Positions 63,219 through 64,000 of a stretch of DNA of 64,000 nt are shown here, piece by piece. Position 1 is the stretch's first letter, and every line of letters begins with the position of its first letter. Under the pieces are notes generated by a model, which searched no databases, was not told the origin of the DNA, and saw nothing but the letters and a program-made list of their open reading frames with translations. The position numbers and the translations under genes are program-made. The DNA comes from Schmidtea polychroa (lineage: Eukaryota), in assembly GCA_044892525.1 (NCBI GenBank), contig CM097885.1, positions 11,224,001-11,288,000 of the forward strand. Reading direction: 5' to 3'.

Positions 63219-64000
63219 TTATACCAACACTGTTCTATTTGCAGTAATTTGAACTTCATTTTCAAATACTCCGTATATTATAACATGTACTGGTTCAGTA
63301 ATAACTTTTGCAAACTTTATATCCAGTCGTAAATTTCCATTTTGAGGTAATTGACTTTGATTTAAATCAAAATCAGGGGCTAAAACAAATGTAAAAAATG
63401 GGTATTTGCTTTTAAAATCTTCTAGAGTTATTCCGCAATTCAAAATTTTATCTAAATAACCCAGATTTCTAACAATACTCTGCATATATGTCGCACAGTA
63501 ATTGTCATTCTCGAAATCTTGAATATATGTTTCTCTATAATCAGTATTTTTCGACAAAGTCAATGATGTAACACCAAAGTTTTTGAAAATTGAGCTGGAC
63601 GCAGTATATGATCCATTATATTGTGCTTCACTTTGAAATGTTATCAGAATAAAATTAGGCATTCTTCTGTCACCAAATATTTGTTCTTTATAGAATGATG
63701 AAGCACCTTTAGCAATAGCAAATTGTACAATTTCCTTTGTTTTTAATGGATAAATTGCATGTTTTGAATTAAGACCCAATTGATGACCTGCTAATACTGA
63801 GGGGTCTAGTCGTACTCTTCTCACCAATAATTTTGCATCAACTAATTGACATATTGGTGTAGTAGTTCCACTAGTAAGAGATAATGCAGAATCAGACCTT
63901 TTCAGTCTAATATGTACATTAACTCCCGGTAGTAAATATTTCGGTTGATCCATAAAATCGAGTTGTAATGATGAGCACATGGTGAAAACCTTTGAGCCTT
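63219..64000 (-). CDS. Major capsid protein, copy 3 (3' part; 5' end outside the window)
   Basis: Translation identical to copy 2 over the visible region. Confidence 0.85.
   Translation of the reverse strand, partial: GSKVFTMCSSLQLDFMDQPKYLLPGVNVHIRLKRSDSALSLTSGTTTPICQLVDAKLLVRRVRLDPSVLAGHQLGLNSKHAIYPLKTKEIVQFAIAKGASSFYKEQIFGDRRMPNFILITFQSEAQYNGSYTASSSIFKNFGVTSLTLSKNTDYRETYIQDFENDNYCATYMQSIVRNLGYLDKILNCGITLEDFKSKYPFFTFVLAPDFDLNQSQLPQNGNLRLDIKFAKVITEPVHVIIYGVFENEVQITANRTVLV

Overview
Very AT-rich eukaryotic genomic DNA, probably from an invertebrate, with ~35-60 nt GT-AG introns and abundant (AAT)n tracts. It holds three copies of one Polinton/Maverick (adintovirus-like) endogenous DNA virus family: copy 1 (<1-9094), copy 2 (~20449-33051) and copy 3 (~55217/60988->64000). 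Recognisable core genes are an adenain-like protease, major and minor capsid proteins, an integrase with chromodomain, an A32/FtsK packaging ATPase and a pPolB remnant. The accessory module is unusual: a minimal TATA-binding-protein homologue, a spliced Bcl-2-like gene missed by the ORF track, a predicted GPI-anchored coiled-coil glycoprotein and a predicted myristoylated ORF overlapping the integrase. Viral genes carry host-sized introns, the minor capsid has a swapped or hypervariable centre, and a terminal repeat is built from AP-1 and NR5A/ERR-type motifs. Host content is a multi-exon Nup205 gene (33202-44038) with partial 3' duplicates, CK1-gamma and RPS16 pseudogene fragments, two decayed hAT elements, a Tc1 remnant and a perfect 82-bp-arm palindrome. 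The segment from 14739 to about 23130 is duplicated almost identically from 49500 onward (recent duplication or uncollapsed haplotype). All family assignments come from motif recognition by eye; no database search was run.
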